Source: Syntrophales bacterium (lineage in GTDB: Bacteria; Desulfobacterota; Syntrophia; Syntrophales; UBA6807). From it: a DNA stretch of 64,000 nt. Positions 55,867-64,000 of the stretch are shown piece by piece. The stretch lies in NCBI GenBank assembly GCA_040767195.1, contig JAXGPA010000001.1, positions 160,001-224,000 on the forward strand. The letters are read 5' to 3'. A program made the translations under genes and the position numbers. Within the stretch, counting starts at the first letter, position 1, and every line of letters starts with the position of its first letter. The notes under the pieces were generated by a model. The model saw nothing but the letters and a program-made list of their open reading frames with translations. It was not told where the DNA came from and ran no database searches.

Positions 55867-57903
55867 ATGGAGGCCAGGCGGTTTTTTCCCTTCCTTTTTA
55901 CAGCCGTTTTTCTCTTCCTTCTGCTTTGCCCTTCAGGCCGCGCATCAAGCGCCGTGAAGGTCCACAGGGATGTGTGGATGAAAAACGAATTCGGTGAAAG
56001 GATCACGCCGAAGGACAATTTCGAGGATCCATACAGTCCCAGAAACACGTGCGGGAGCTGCCACCCATACTCGACCATCACCTCGGGGTTCCACTTCCAG
56101 CAGGGGTTCGACGAAATGAGCGACACCTATGATCCCCGGAAACCCTGGATTCTATCCCCGGGAATGTACGGAAAGTGGTGACCGCCGGCCAATCGGTCCG
56201 GCCGTGCAGCCGCCAAAAAAAACAGCGACCCGAAACAGATCGACCTCACCGCCTATGACTGGATCGGCGGGTTCGGAAAATTGAACCCCGCCAAAAAGAT
56301 CAAGAGCCCGGCCTGCGGGTGGTGCCACCCCGGCGGCGGTTCCATGGAATACGGACGCAGGCCTGACGGGACGCCGGACTTCTCCATGAACCTGATCCAG
56401 GCGGAGAGACGGAACACGAACAGCCTGGACGGGGATTTCATGTCCCTCATTTCACCGGACGGCAAAAGCCATTTCAAGGAAAGCGGGGTCGTGGAGGGGG
56501 ACTGCCTCATCTGTCACACCGGAAGATACCAGTTCGGCAAGCGTAACCAGCAGATCAATCACATGAACTACCGGTGGGCCGCCACGGCCGGCGCCGACAT
56601 CGCAAAGATCGAGGGGTCCATCTTCAAATTCGACAATCCCGATGCCCCCCCGGGTGCCAAGGGTTTCATGGACGGCACCTGGAATTTCTCGGAAAGACCG
56701 AAAGTGACCTACCGATGGGACGACCGGAATCTTTTCAGCCGGGAAGGGCAGCTGAAAGGCACACTGATCTCAAAAACCGTGGAGGTTAAAAACTGCCTCC
56801 AGTGCCACCAGGGACCGGACGCCAAGAAGGTGGGGTGGGTTCACAAACCGGAATTCGACGCCCATTACAAGGCGGGATTCCGATGCACCGACTGCCACGG
56901 TCTGGTGGGAAACACCCGCTACGGCCGCATGGAACACCAGATCGCCAAGGGCTGGCATCCCCTGGGCAGTGTCCGGGACGACCTGGACGGCGTGGACATG
57001 ATGACGTGCCAGGCCTGCCACATCGCGGGCCGGTATCGGCCCAGCCGGCCCGGCCTGCCGGAAAAAGCAAAAGACCCGACGAAAAAGCACGCGGAGAAAT
57101 TCCCCGACGTGGCTTTTCACTTCAACCGGATCAGCTGTGCCAACTGTCACTCCACGGGGCAGCCCGGAATGTCCGGATACCTTCTCGACATGGGACCGGG
57201 GGGTCAGATCTGGTACACCGCGGCCACGCTGGAAACCATAACCTGGTCCGATGATTTCGGGAAACTCGCCCCGAAACCCTGGAAACCCTGGAGCACCCTC
57301 TTCGACGCCCGGAACGGCCTTGGAGAGCAGTACATCCCCCAGGTTCCCAAGGTGTCCCAGTGGTTCGGTGAGAAGATGGACAACCTGGAAGTTCGGCCGA
57401 TCTCTCTCAGGTACGTCAAGAAAGCTTTCGGGACCCTGAATTCCCGAACCGTCGTGGACGTCCGGAACACCGACGGCCAGGCGGTTAAAAAACCCACCGT
57501 GGCCAGGGAAGAGGAAATCCGGGCCATGATCGAGGCCCTGACAGGAATGGGGTTCACCAACGTGGTGTTTGTCTCCGACAGGGTTTACGAGCTGAGAGAC
57601 GGGCAGGTAACCGCCTATGAAGACCCGCTGACGGCCCACCCCCACACCTTCCCTGTCCATCACAACATCGTCCCTCTGGACCGCGGGACGACTTACGGGC
57701 AGAAAGGGAAACCGGAGGGCTGCCGGGACTGCCACTGGAAAGACTCGGAATTCTTCACCAAGATGCTCATTCGAAATCCCGGCCGGTTCCTACTGGAGGA
57801 CTACCCGGTACCCCGGGAGCCGAACGCGGAACCCCAGATGATCCCCTGGGGCTTTGACGAGGTCCCTGTTCCCCCGGAACTGAAGGCGAAAAAGGAACCC
57901 TGA
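55867..57903 (+). CDS. Exported octaheme c-type cytochrome with an in-frame UGA at codon 105 (probable selenoprotein, 678 aa)
   Basis: ORFs 55867-56181 and 56281-57903 share a frame, and the 33 codons between them are open. The only signal peptide is in the first part. CxxCH motifs: CGSCH, then CGWCH, CLICH, CLQCH, CTDCH, CQACH, CANCH, CRDCH. Confidence 0.78.
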
Positions 57904-57905
57904 AG

Positions 57906-58673
57906 ATGAAGCGGACCCTGGCCCTGATCGTTCTTGCCTTCCTCGTGGCGGCCATCCCGGAGAAAAGTTTTTCCCAGGAAGAGGCAACGGTCCCGGAGGT
58001 CACCCCGGCGGAGGTCTACCGGAAAATGGCGGAGGGGACACCCCCCCTGCTCATCAATACCATGAGTCTCATTGAATGCCGGGACCACCGGATTCCGGGA
58101 TCCCAGTGCGTCCCCGGGCCGGATGTGGCCGAGCGATGGAAAGGCCCCGAAGACAAGAGCAGTGAAATCATTTTTTACTGTGAAAGCCCGTGGTGCCTCA
58201 GAAGCCACCGGGCCGCCGAAACAGCGCTGAAACGGGGATTCCAGAAGGTGTCCGTCATGACCGGCGGCCTTCCCGCCTGGAAGGAAGCAGGGTACGACGT
58301 CTTTTCAGAGAAACGGATTCCCCGGGTCGGGATCGTTTCCATCAAACCGGCCTTTCTCTCCCAGTGGCTCTCGGGAGGAAACGGCCCCCTCCTTCTTGAC
58401 ATCCGAACCCCCGGTGAGTTCGAGGCGGACCACATGGCGGATTCGGTCAACGTTCCCTTTGAGATTCTCCACCAGGTGTGGCGGGACCTTCCCATGGACC
58501 GCTCCATCGTCGTTATCGACGACCGGGGACATCGCTCCTTTCTCGCCGCCTGTTACCTCTTTGAGAGAGGTTTCGTAGACATCCGTCGTCTTTTCGGAGG
58601 CATGTCGAACTGGAAGGCCTATCAATCCAAAGGAAACCAAAATCATGGCATCGAGAAGACAGCTGAGAATTGA
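57906..58673 (+). CDS. Exported tandem-domain rhodanese (sulfurtransferase)
   Basis: Signal peptide. Domain 1 has HRIPGS, FYCESPWCLRS and GGLPAW. Domain 2 has LDIRTPGEF and GGMSNW, with Asp at the catalytic position (IDDRGHRS). Confidence 0.88.
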   Translation: MKRTLALIVLAFLVAAIPEKSFSQEEATVPEVTPAEVYRKMAEGTPPLLINTMSLIECRDHRIPGSQCVPGPDVAERWKGPEDKSSEIIFYCESPWCLRSHRAAETALKRGFQKVSVMTGGLPAWKEAGYDVFSEKRIPRVGIVSIKPAFLSQWLSGGNGPLLLDIRTPGEFEADHMADSVNVPFEILHQVWRDLPMDRSIVVIDDRGHRSFLAACYLFERGFVDIRRLFGGMSNWKAYQSKGNQNHGIEKTAEN

Positions 58674-60543
58674 AACAGGCCTGGTCATCCCGCTCTTCCT
58701 TTCGGTCCTTTTCTTTCTGGGAAACCTTCCGCCCGCTCACGGGTCGGCGGATCCGGGCCAACCGGTCCTTAACGAGGGCCCCGTAAACTGTCTCGATTGC
58801 CATGATCACTTCCTTTACAGGACGGCCTTTCCCAAATCGGTCCACGGGCCTCTCGGTTGCCTGAGCTGCCACGGCGCGATCGAAGACCGGGAAAAGCACA
58901 TGACGGGCCTGAAAAAGCCGGAACTTCTCTCGTGCGCCCGCTGTCACGAGGAAATCGCCGCCTCCTATGTTAAAAACTACCACTACCTCTACCAGGACTT
59001 TCGATGCACCGACTGCCACCGGGACATCCACGCCGTCAAGCCCCCCGAGGGTTCTCAAAAGCAGGCCGTCCTGAAGCAATGCACCGAGTGCCACGGCAAT
59101 GACGAATACGCCGTTTCCGGCCACGGCCTGGCCGTCCTCGAGGGAAACGAGGACGCCGCCACCTGCTCGGACTGTCACGGCCTCCACAACACCCGGGTCT
59201 ATCACACCGCCCAGGACCTGTACCCCGCCGAGGCCCGGGAGTTCTACAGCCGGACCTGCATTCACTGTCACGGCGACCGGGACATGATGAAGAGAAACAA
59301 TCTTTCCCCGGACGTTGTCCGTTTCTATGAACTGACCTATCACGGCAAGGTCCAGGGCGTGGGCGATCCCAGCCGCGTGGCGGGATGCGCCGACTGTCAC
59401 ACGTCCCACAACATCCTGCCCAAGGACAACCCGGCTTCCACCATCCACCCGGACAACCTGGCGGCCAACTGCGGCAAATGCCACACGGGGTTCCATCCCC
59501 GTTTCGTGGAATACAAGGCTCACCCGGACTTCACGAACCGCCGGGAATACCCGTCCCTTTTCTGGACCAACATCTTCATGGAAGCCCTCCTCGTCGTGAC
59601 ATTCCTTTTCTTCTGGATTCACACGGCCCTCTGGTGGCGAAAGACTTACTGGGACAAGCACGATCTTGAAAGAAGAGGCGTCATTCCCGGCCCGCCTGTC
59701 GCCGGGTCCGAGGGCATTCAGTCCATAAGGCGTTTTTCCCGCCTGGAAGTCTCCCTTCATGTCATTCTCGTGCTTTCTTTCTTCACCCTCGTCCTCACGG
59801 GATTTCCCCTGAAATACTACGACGCCGGCTGGGCGAAACCCATCGTCCACTTCTGGGGTGGCGCCCACAAGGCCGGACTGTGGCACCGCGCCGCCGCCAT
59901 CGTCCTCATCGTTCTTTTCCTCTATGTCCTGGTCCGCTCTCTCCGATACCTCTTCCCGAAAGGCGGGGGAACCCGAGGCTGGAAAGATCGCCTCTTCGGC
60001 CCCGACTCCCTTTTCCCGAACTGGAAGGACTGGGAGGATCTCAAGGCCATGCTCCGCTGGTTCTTCAACCGGGGTGACCGGCCCCGATTCGACCGCTGGT
60101 CCTACTGGGAAAAATTCGATTTTCTCGCCGTCTTCTGGGGAATGACCATCATCGGGGGATCGGGTATTTTCCTCATGGTCCCCGAGTGGACATCCTACCT
60201 CTTCCCCGGGTGGGTCCTCAACATCGCGGCCCTCCTCCACTCCGAGGAAGCCCTGCTGGCGGCCCTCTTTATTTTCACGGTCCACTTTTTCAACACACAC
60301 CTCATCCCGACCAAATTTCCCATGGACAGGACCATTTTTACAGGCCGATACTACCTGAAGGAAATGGCGGAGGAACGTCCTCTTGAATACGAGCGGATGA
60401 AGAAAGAGGACAGGATTGAGTCGCTGAAGCAGAGGCACCCTTCGATCTGGGCGAAGCTCCTGGCCGCCTCGTTCGGTTACACGGGACTCCTTCTGGGGCT
60501 TTTCCTCGCCGCCATGATCCTGTGGACCATCGTCAGGACATGA
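58645..60543 (+). CDS. Nonaheme cytochrome c fused to a di-heme cytochrome b membrane domain (CbcL-like quinol oxidoreductase)
   Basis: Nine CxxCH motifs (CLDCH, CLSCH, CARCH, CTDCH, CTECH, CSDCH, CIHCH, CADCH, CGKCH), then TM helices with His ligands (SLHV, WHR, LHSEEA, VHFFN) and YWEKFDFLAVFWG. Confidence 0.88.
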   Translation: MASRRQLRIETGLVIPLFLSVLFFLGNLPPAHGSADPGQPVLNEGPVNCLDCHDHFLYRTAFPKSVHGPLGCLSCHGAIEDREKHMTGLKKPELLSCARCHEEIAASYVKNYHYLYQDFRCTDCHRDIHAVKPPEGSQKQAVLKQCTECHGNDEYAVSGHGLAVLEGNEDAATCSDCHGLHNTRVYHTAQDLYPAEAREFYSRTCIHCHGDRDMMKRNNLSPDVVRFYELTYHGKVQGVGDPSRVAGCADCHTSHNILPKDNPASTIHPDNLAANCGKCHTGFHPRFVEYKAHPDFTNRREYPSLFWTNIFMEALLVVTFLFFWIHTALWWRKTYWDKHDLERRGVIPGPPVAGSEGIQSIRRFSRLEVSLHVILVLSFFTLVLTGFPLKYYDAGWAKPIVHFWGGAHKAGLWHRAAAIVLIVLFLYVLVRSLRYLFPKGGGTRGWKDRLFGPDSLFPNWKDWEDLKAMLRWFFNRGDRPRFDRWSYWEKFDFLAVFWGMTIIGGSGIFLMVPEWTSYLFPGWVLNIAALLHSEEALLAALFIFTVHFFNTHLIPTKFPMDRTIFTGRYYLKEMAEERPLEYERMKKEDRIESLKQRHPSIWAKLLAASFGYTGLLLGLFLAAMILWTIVRT

Positions 60544-60613
60544 AAATCGCTTTGTGTACCGGGGGCACCCATGGTATCATGCGTGCACTGATGAAAAGGC
60601 CGGATTCTGACTC

Positions 60614-61783
60614 TTGAGCGATCATTCCCCGGAAACCGCGGCAGGCGGCATTAAGAAACGGACCCTTCCGGACAGGCTGTTGTCTTCACCAAGGCTTACC
60701 GTCGGCCTTCTCCTCGTCCTGTCAGTGGCATCGATCGTGGGAACCGTTTTCCCCCAGGGGGAACAGGCCCGTCACTTCCTCTCCCGTCTCGGCCCCGCCG
60801 CCCTTTCCTTCGTCGGCTTTCTTCAGCTTGACGACTTGTTCCATGCCACCTGGTACATGTTCCTCGGAGGGCTTCTCGCCCTCAATCTCCTGTTCTGCCT
60901 TTACCGCAGGTGGCCGTCCCTGAAAAAAACCCTTCCCCCGAGGGCTGTCTTCACGAGAGGGCTTTACCGTTTCGTCGTCCACGGGGGCGTCCTGATCATC
61001 CTCGCGGGAGCCGCCTTGAGCCATCTTTTCGGCATCGAGGCCTACATGGAAATCCCCGTGGGTGAAACGGTCGAACAGGCTTTTCTGCGGAAAGACGACC
61101 GCCCCCTGGATTTGGGCTTCCAGGTTCGCTGCGACGCCTTCCATTTTGAACGCTATGAATCGGGCATGCCGAAGGAGTACCGGTCGGAGCTCACTTTTTT
61201 CAAGGATTCGTCACCGGAGCGGAATGCCCCTGTCCGGGTGAACCAGCCGGTTTCGTTCAAGGGCATCACCTTCTACCAGTCGGACTTCCGAAAAATTCTC
61301 AAAGCGCGCCTGGCTGTACGAAACGAAGGCGAGACATGGGAGGTGGAAAGACTCGAAGGCCAGGCTTTCGATCTGACGGGAAAGGGGATGAACCTTTCCG
61401 TCCTCGTCGTTTCCATCATGGAAAACGTCATGACCATGGGGCCCGCCGTTAAACTTCTGGTCCGGTCACCGGAGGGATGCCGGGATCTGTACGTCTTCAG
61501 GGACATCGACCGGTTTCTCGAGAAGATTCCCGATCTTTACGAGCGATACCCCCCTTTCGATCCGGGAAACATCGCACCCTGGCGATTTGAACTGGCCGGG
61601 CTGGAGGAAACCTACGTGACGGGCCTCATGGTGAACAGGGATCCCGGGGCGCCCGTTGCCGCCGGGGGCGCCGCCGTGCTCATGGCCGGGATGCTTCTCA
61701 CCTATTTCAACCGCAAGAGGGAAGATAACGACAGGCGCGGCCCCGCGAAGAAGAACAGGCCAACCCGGGGAGGCGGCCCGTGA
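60614..61783 (+). CDS. resB: Cytochrome c biogenesis system II protein ResB/Ccs1
   Basis: SIVGTVFPQG, NLLFC, HGGVLIIL.G, EYRSEL, VNQPVSFKGITFYQSDF and RDPG motifs. Confidence 0.88.
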   Translation: MSDHSPETAAGGIKKRTLPDRLLSSPRLTVGLLLVLSVASIVGTVFPQGEQARHFLSRLGPAALSFVGFLQLDDLFHATWYMFLGGLLALNLLFCLYRRWPSLKKTLPPRAVFTRGLYRFVVHGGVLIILAGAALSHLFGIEAYMEIPVGETVEQAFLRKDDRPLDLGFQVRCDAFHFERYESGMPKEYRSELTFFKDSSPERNAPVRVNQPVSFKGITFYQSDFRKILKARLAVRNEGETWEVERLEGQAFDLTGKGMNLSVLVVSIMENVMTMGPAVKLLVRSPEGCRDLYVFRDIDRFLEKIPDLYERYPPFDPGNIAPWRFELAGLEETYVTGLMVNRDPGAPVAAGGAAVLMAGMLLTYFNRKREDNDRRGPAKKNRPTRGGGP

Positions 61784-62601
61784 ACACAACCCTTCTTGCC
61801 GGCACCCCCTTCGTTTACCTCGGCGCTTTCCTCATCGACCTGACGGGAAGGGTTACCGGTAAAACCGCCTTGTCACGAACGGCGAAAACAGTGGCAGCGG
61901 CAGGCTTCTGCCTCCACACGGCGGGATTGGCCCTGAGATGGGTGGAATCGTATCACCTCGGCTTCGGTCATGCCCCTCTTTCCAATTTTTATGAATCCCT
62001 CATTTTTTTCTCCTGGGCGATCCTCCTGGCCTACCTTATTCTCGAGTTCTGGAAAAAACCGGGGATTCTCAGTCCCTTCGCCCTCCCCGCCGCTTTTCTT
62101 CTCATCGCCTACGCATCTTACTCGCCGGACGTGGACAGCCGGATTCGACCCCTCATCCCGGCCCTGCAGAGCAACTGGCTCGTCACCCATGTCATCACCT
62201 GCTTTCTCGGATACGGCGCCTTCGTCATCTCCTCCATTTTCGGCCTCCTCTGTCTCATCAAGGGAAACGATCCCCTTTCGACCCGGGACGACATTCCGGA
62301 AAGGGATTCGCTCAGCCTTTATCTCTACCGAAGCGTCGCCGTGGGCTACGTGTTCTTCACCCTGGGCATCATAACGGGGTCCGTCTGGGCCCATTCGGCC
62401 TGGGGGTCCTGGTGGAGCTGGGACCCCAAGGAAACGTGGGCGCTCATCACCTGGATGATATACACGGCCCTGCTCCATCACCGCCTCGGGGGAAAGGACC
62501 GGGCGAAAGGCATGGCTATCCTGTCCCTGGTGGGTCTCGCCAGTGTTTTTTTCACCTATCTCGGGGTGAATTATCTTCCCGGCCTTCACAGCTACCTGTG
62601 A
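61780..62601 (+). CDS. ccsA: Cytochrome c biogenesis system II heme lyase CcsA/ResC
   Basis: HAPLSNFYES, PALQSNWL..H, WAHSAWGSWWSWDPKETW and GLHSY; GTGA overlap with resB. Confidence 0.93.
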   Translation: MNTTLLAGTPFVYLGAFLIDLTGRVTGKTALSRTAKTVAAAGFCLHTAGLALRWVESYHLGFGHAPLSNFYESLIFFSWAILLAYLILEFWKKPGILSPFALPAAFLLIAYASYSPDVDSRIRPLIPALQSNWLVTHVITCFLGYGAFVISSIFGLLCLIKGNDPLSTRDDIPERDSLSLYLYRSVAVGYVFFTLGIITGSVWAHSAWGSWWSWDPKETWALITWMIYTALLHHRLGGKDRAKGMAILSLVGLASVFFTYLGVNYLPGLHSYL

Positions 62602-62656
62602 CGGGTCATTGTCCCCTTTTTCCGTATCGGCACCGATGGTGCCTCGGGAACACCTG

Positions 62657-62965
62657 ATGACGACCGGCGGCTCATACGATGAACTGGAAATGCGATGCCG
62701 GGAGATTTCCGGCCTGCTTCGCCACGGCGACGCCTACAGCCCTTCCTTCCTGGCCTGGAGAAAGGACGTGGAACGCCTCCTTCAGGCCCTCTTCGGCACC
62801 GATTCGGAGCCCTTGGAGCGATTTCGCTCCATCTACTATACCCCCCTTTTTCTTTCCTGCCGAATCGACCTGGATGTGTTCCCGGAGGCTTTCCGGGACG
62901 GCCTGGGGGAGGCCCGGCGACTTCTCCAAGAACTCCTTGACAGGAGACCGTCCCATTGGACATAA
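62657..62965 (+). CDS. Small hypothetical helical protein
   Basis: 102-aa ORF with genome-like codon usage; start uncertain. Confidence 0.55.
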   Translation: MTTGGSYDELEMRCREISGLLRHGDAYSPSFLAWRKDVERLLQALFGTDSEPLERFRSIYYTPLFLSCRIDLDVFPEAFRDGLGEARRLLQELLDRRPSHWT

Positions 62966-62973
62966 GAAAAGCA

Positions 62974-63138
62974 TGACGGCTTCGTAAAAGTCCATAGGCT
63001 GTGTTGCCCTTCATCCCCCGTCATTGCGACGTACCAATAGGTACGTCTCATTCCTCGGGACTCGGGCGCCTTGCCTCTGGATCTTTATACAAAGCCGTCG
63101 GTAACGGAACATTTTTCGAGTTTTTACGAGTTCATCAA
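62974..63138. mobile_element. MITE-like non-autonomous repeat
   Basis: Left end TGACGGCTTCGTAAAAGTC. Right end reverse complement TGATGAACTCGTAAAAACTC. An internal inverted copy TTTATACAAAGCCGTC and a GACGTACC/GGTACGTC hairpin are present; no transposase. Confidence 0.65.
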
Positions 63139-63169
63139 GCATGACGTCCATGAAAAAGGGGGAAACAGG

Positions 63170-64000
63170 ATGACCGTATTCCGAAAAGGGTCTGTCCGCG
63201 TGGAGAGTTATCTGCGCCAGTCGGTCCTGAATGACGTGGTGGAGCTGGAAAAGCGGGTCTGGAACCGGGAGGGATACCGGGAAGTGAACGCCCCGATGCT
63301 TTATTTCGAACTGGCCTACCTGACCAACGGTCTCATTCTGACCGCTTTTGACGAAGGACTTTTCCCGCCCGAGGAAAAAGAGAAAATGGCCAAGGAGGAT
63401 TCCTGGTACGAAGGGGAGCATCCTATTGGCTTTGCGGCTCTTTTCGCCGATTTCGACGAGCGCGGCCCTTTCTGGTACGGCGCCCGGATGGGTGTCGACA
63501 GGCTTTACCGGGACAAGAACATCGGCGAGGCCATTCTCGACGCCCTTTATCGAAGCGCCAGAGAACGGGGAATCATGCGGGTGCGCTGGACTTATGACCC
63601 CCTGCAGTCAAGAAACGGGTATATCTACATCCACAAGATGGGCGCCCAGGTCCATGAAATCGGTTTCAATTACTACAGCGCCGTCTTCACCAACGACGAG
63701 TTCAACAGGGACATATCGACGGACCGCTTCATCGTGGAGTGGTTCATCAACACCGAGCGGGTCCGGAATCGCATGGAAAAAGGGGATTTTCCCGTCCATG
63801 ACCCTTCCACCATCACCCCCGAAAACACGGTCAACGAAATCGTCATCGACGAGGAAGGGTTGGAACAGGGGGGTGAAAAGCAGCGGTTTGACGCCGAGGA
63901 AACGACGCTTTATCTTGAAATTCCCTACAACCAGGACCGGATCCTGAAAACGGACAGAAAAAAGGCCCAGGCCCTGAGAAATCAGTGCCGGGCCCTCTTC
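63170..64000 (+). CDS. GNAT-family acetyltransferase, COG3375-like (partial, runs off the window)
   Basis: Hand translation from ATG 63170: ...VELEKRVW...RMGVDRLYRDKNIG...RVRWTYDPLQSRNGYIYIHKMG...STDRFIVEW. Absent from the ORF track because it has no stop in the window. Confidence 0.8.
   Translation, partial: MTVFRKGSVRVESYLRQSVLNDVVELEKRVWNREGYREVNAPMLYFELAYLTNGLILTAFDEGLFPPEEKEKMAKEDSWYEGEHPIGFAALFADFDERGPFWYGARMGVDRLYRDKNIGEAILDALYRSARERGIMRVRWTYDPLQSRNGYIYIHKMGAQVHEIGFNYYSAVFTNDEFNRDISTDRFIVEWFINTERVRNRMEKGDFPVHDPSTITPENTVNEIVIDEEGLEQGGEKQRFDAEETTLYLEIPYNQDRILKTDRKKAQALRNQCRALF

Noticed and set aside
56281..57903. Independent heptaheme gene starting at TTG 56281
   Set aside because: It has no signal peptide and only a weak RBS, and the frame is open back to the TGA of the signal-bearing upstream ORF.
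58645..58680. SRRQL at the N-terminus of the CbcL-like protein as a Tat signal
   Set aside because: It lacks the FLK part of the consensus, and c-type cytochromes are exported unfolded through the Sec translocon.

Overview
GC-rich chromosomal window from an anaerobic bacterium. Gene content and the 16S sequence point to Desulfobacterota, probably Syntrophales-like (inference, not a database result). It holds the 3' end of glyS, a TetR-led beta-oxidation operon, and a divergent DRTGG/PHP/kinase cassette followed by HydC/HydD/HydB-like genes. In that cassette HydB is fused to a GltD/NfnB-like NADPH domain and no hydrogenase catalytic subunit follows. Housekeeping blocks are ftsH, lpxC-DUF4390-ntrYX, yebC-ruvCAB-queH, a complete 16S-Ile-Ala-23S-5S rRNA operon, and zapB-zapA-6S RNA-rny-ymdB-tyrS. 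Two genes are split in the ORF track by a single in-frame TGA and are best read as selenoproteins. One is an exported MsrA (GUFWG, clear SECIS-like hairpin, no Cys). The other is a 678-aa exported octaheme c-type cytochrome (PGMYGKW-U-PPAN). It heads a cluster with an exported tandem rhodanese, a CbcL-like nonaheme/cytochrome b membrane protein and ResB/CcsA maturation genes. This cluster is the top candidate for a little-described system: a quinol-fed periplasmic seleno-cytochrome module for sulfur or chalcogen redox chemistry. Non-coding findings are a ~180-nt rod-like palindrome, a MITE-like repeat with a partial second copy, a triple TetR operator, a Rex-like box and a full sigma54 promoter architecture in front of lpxC.
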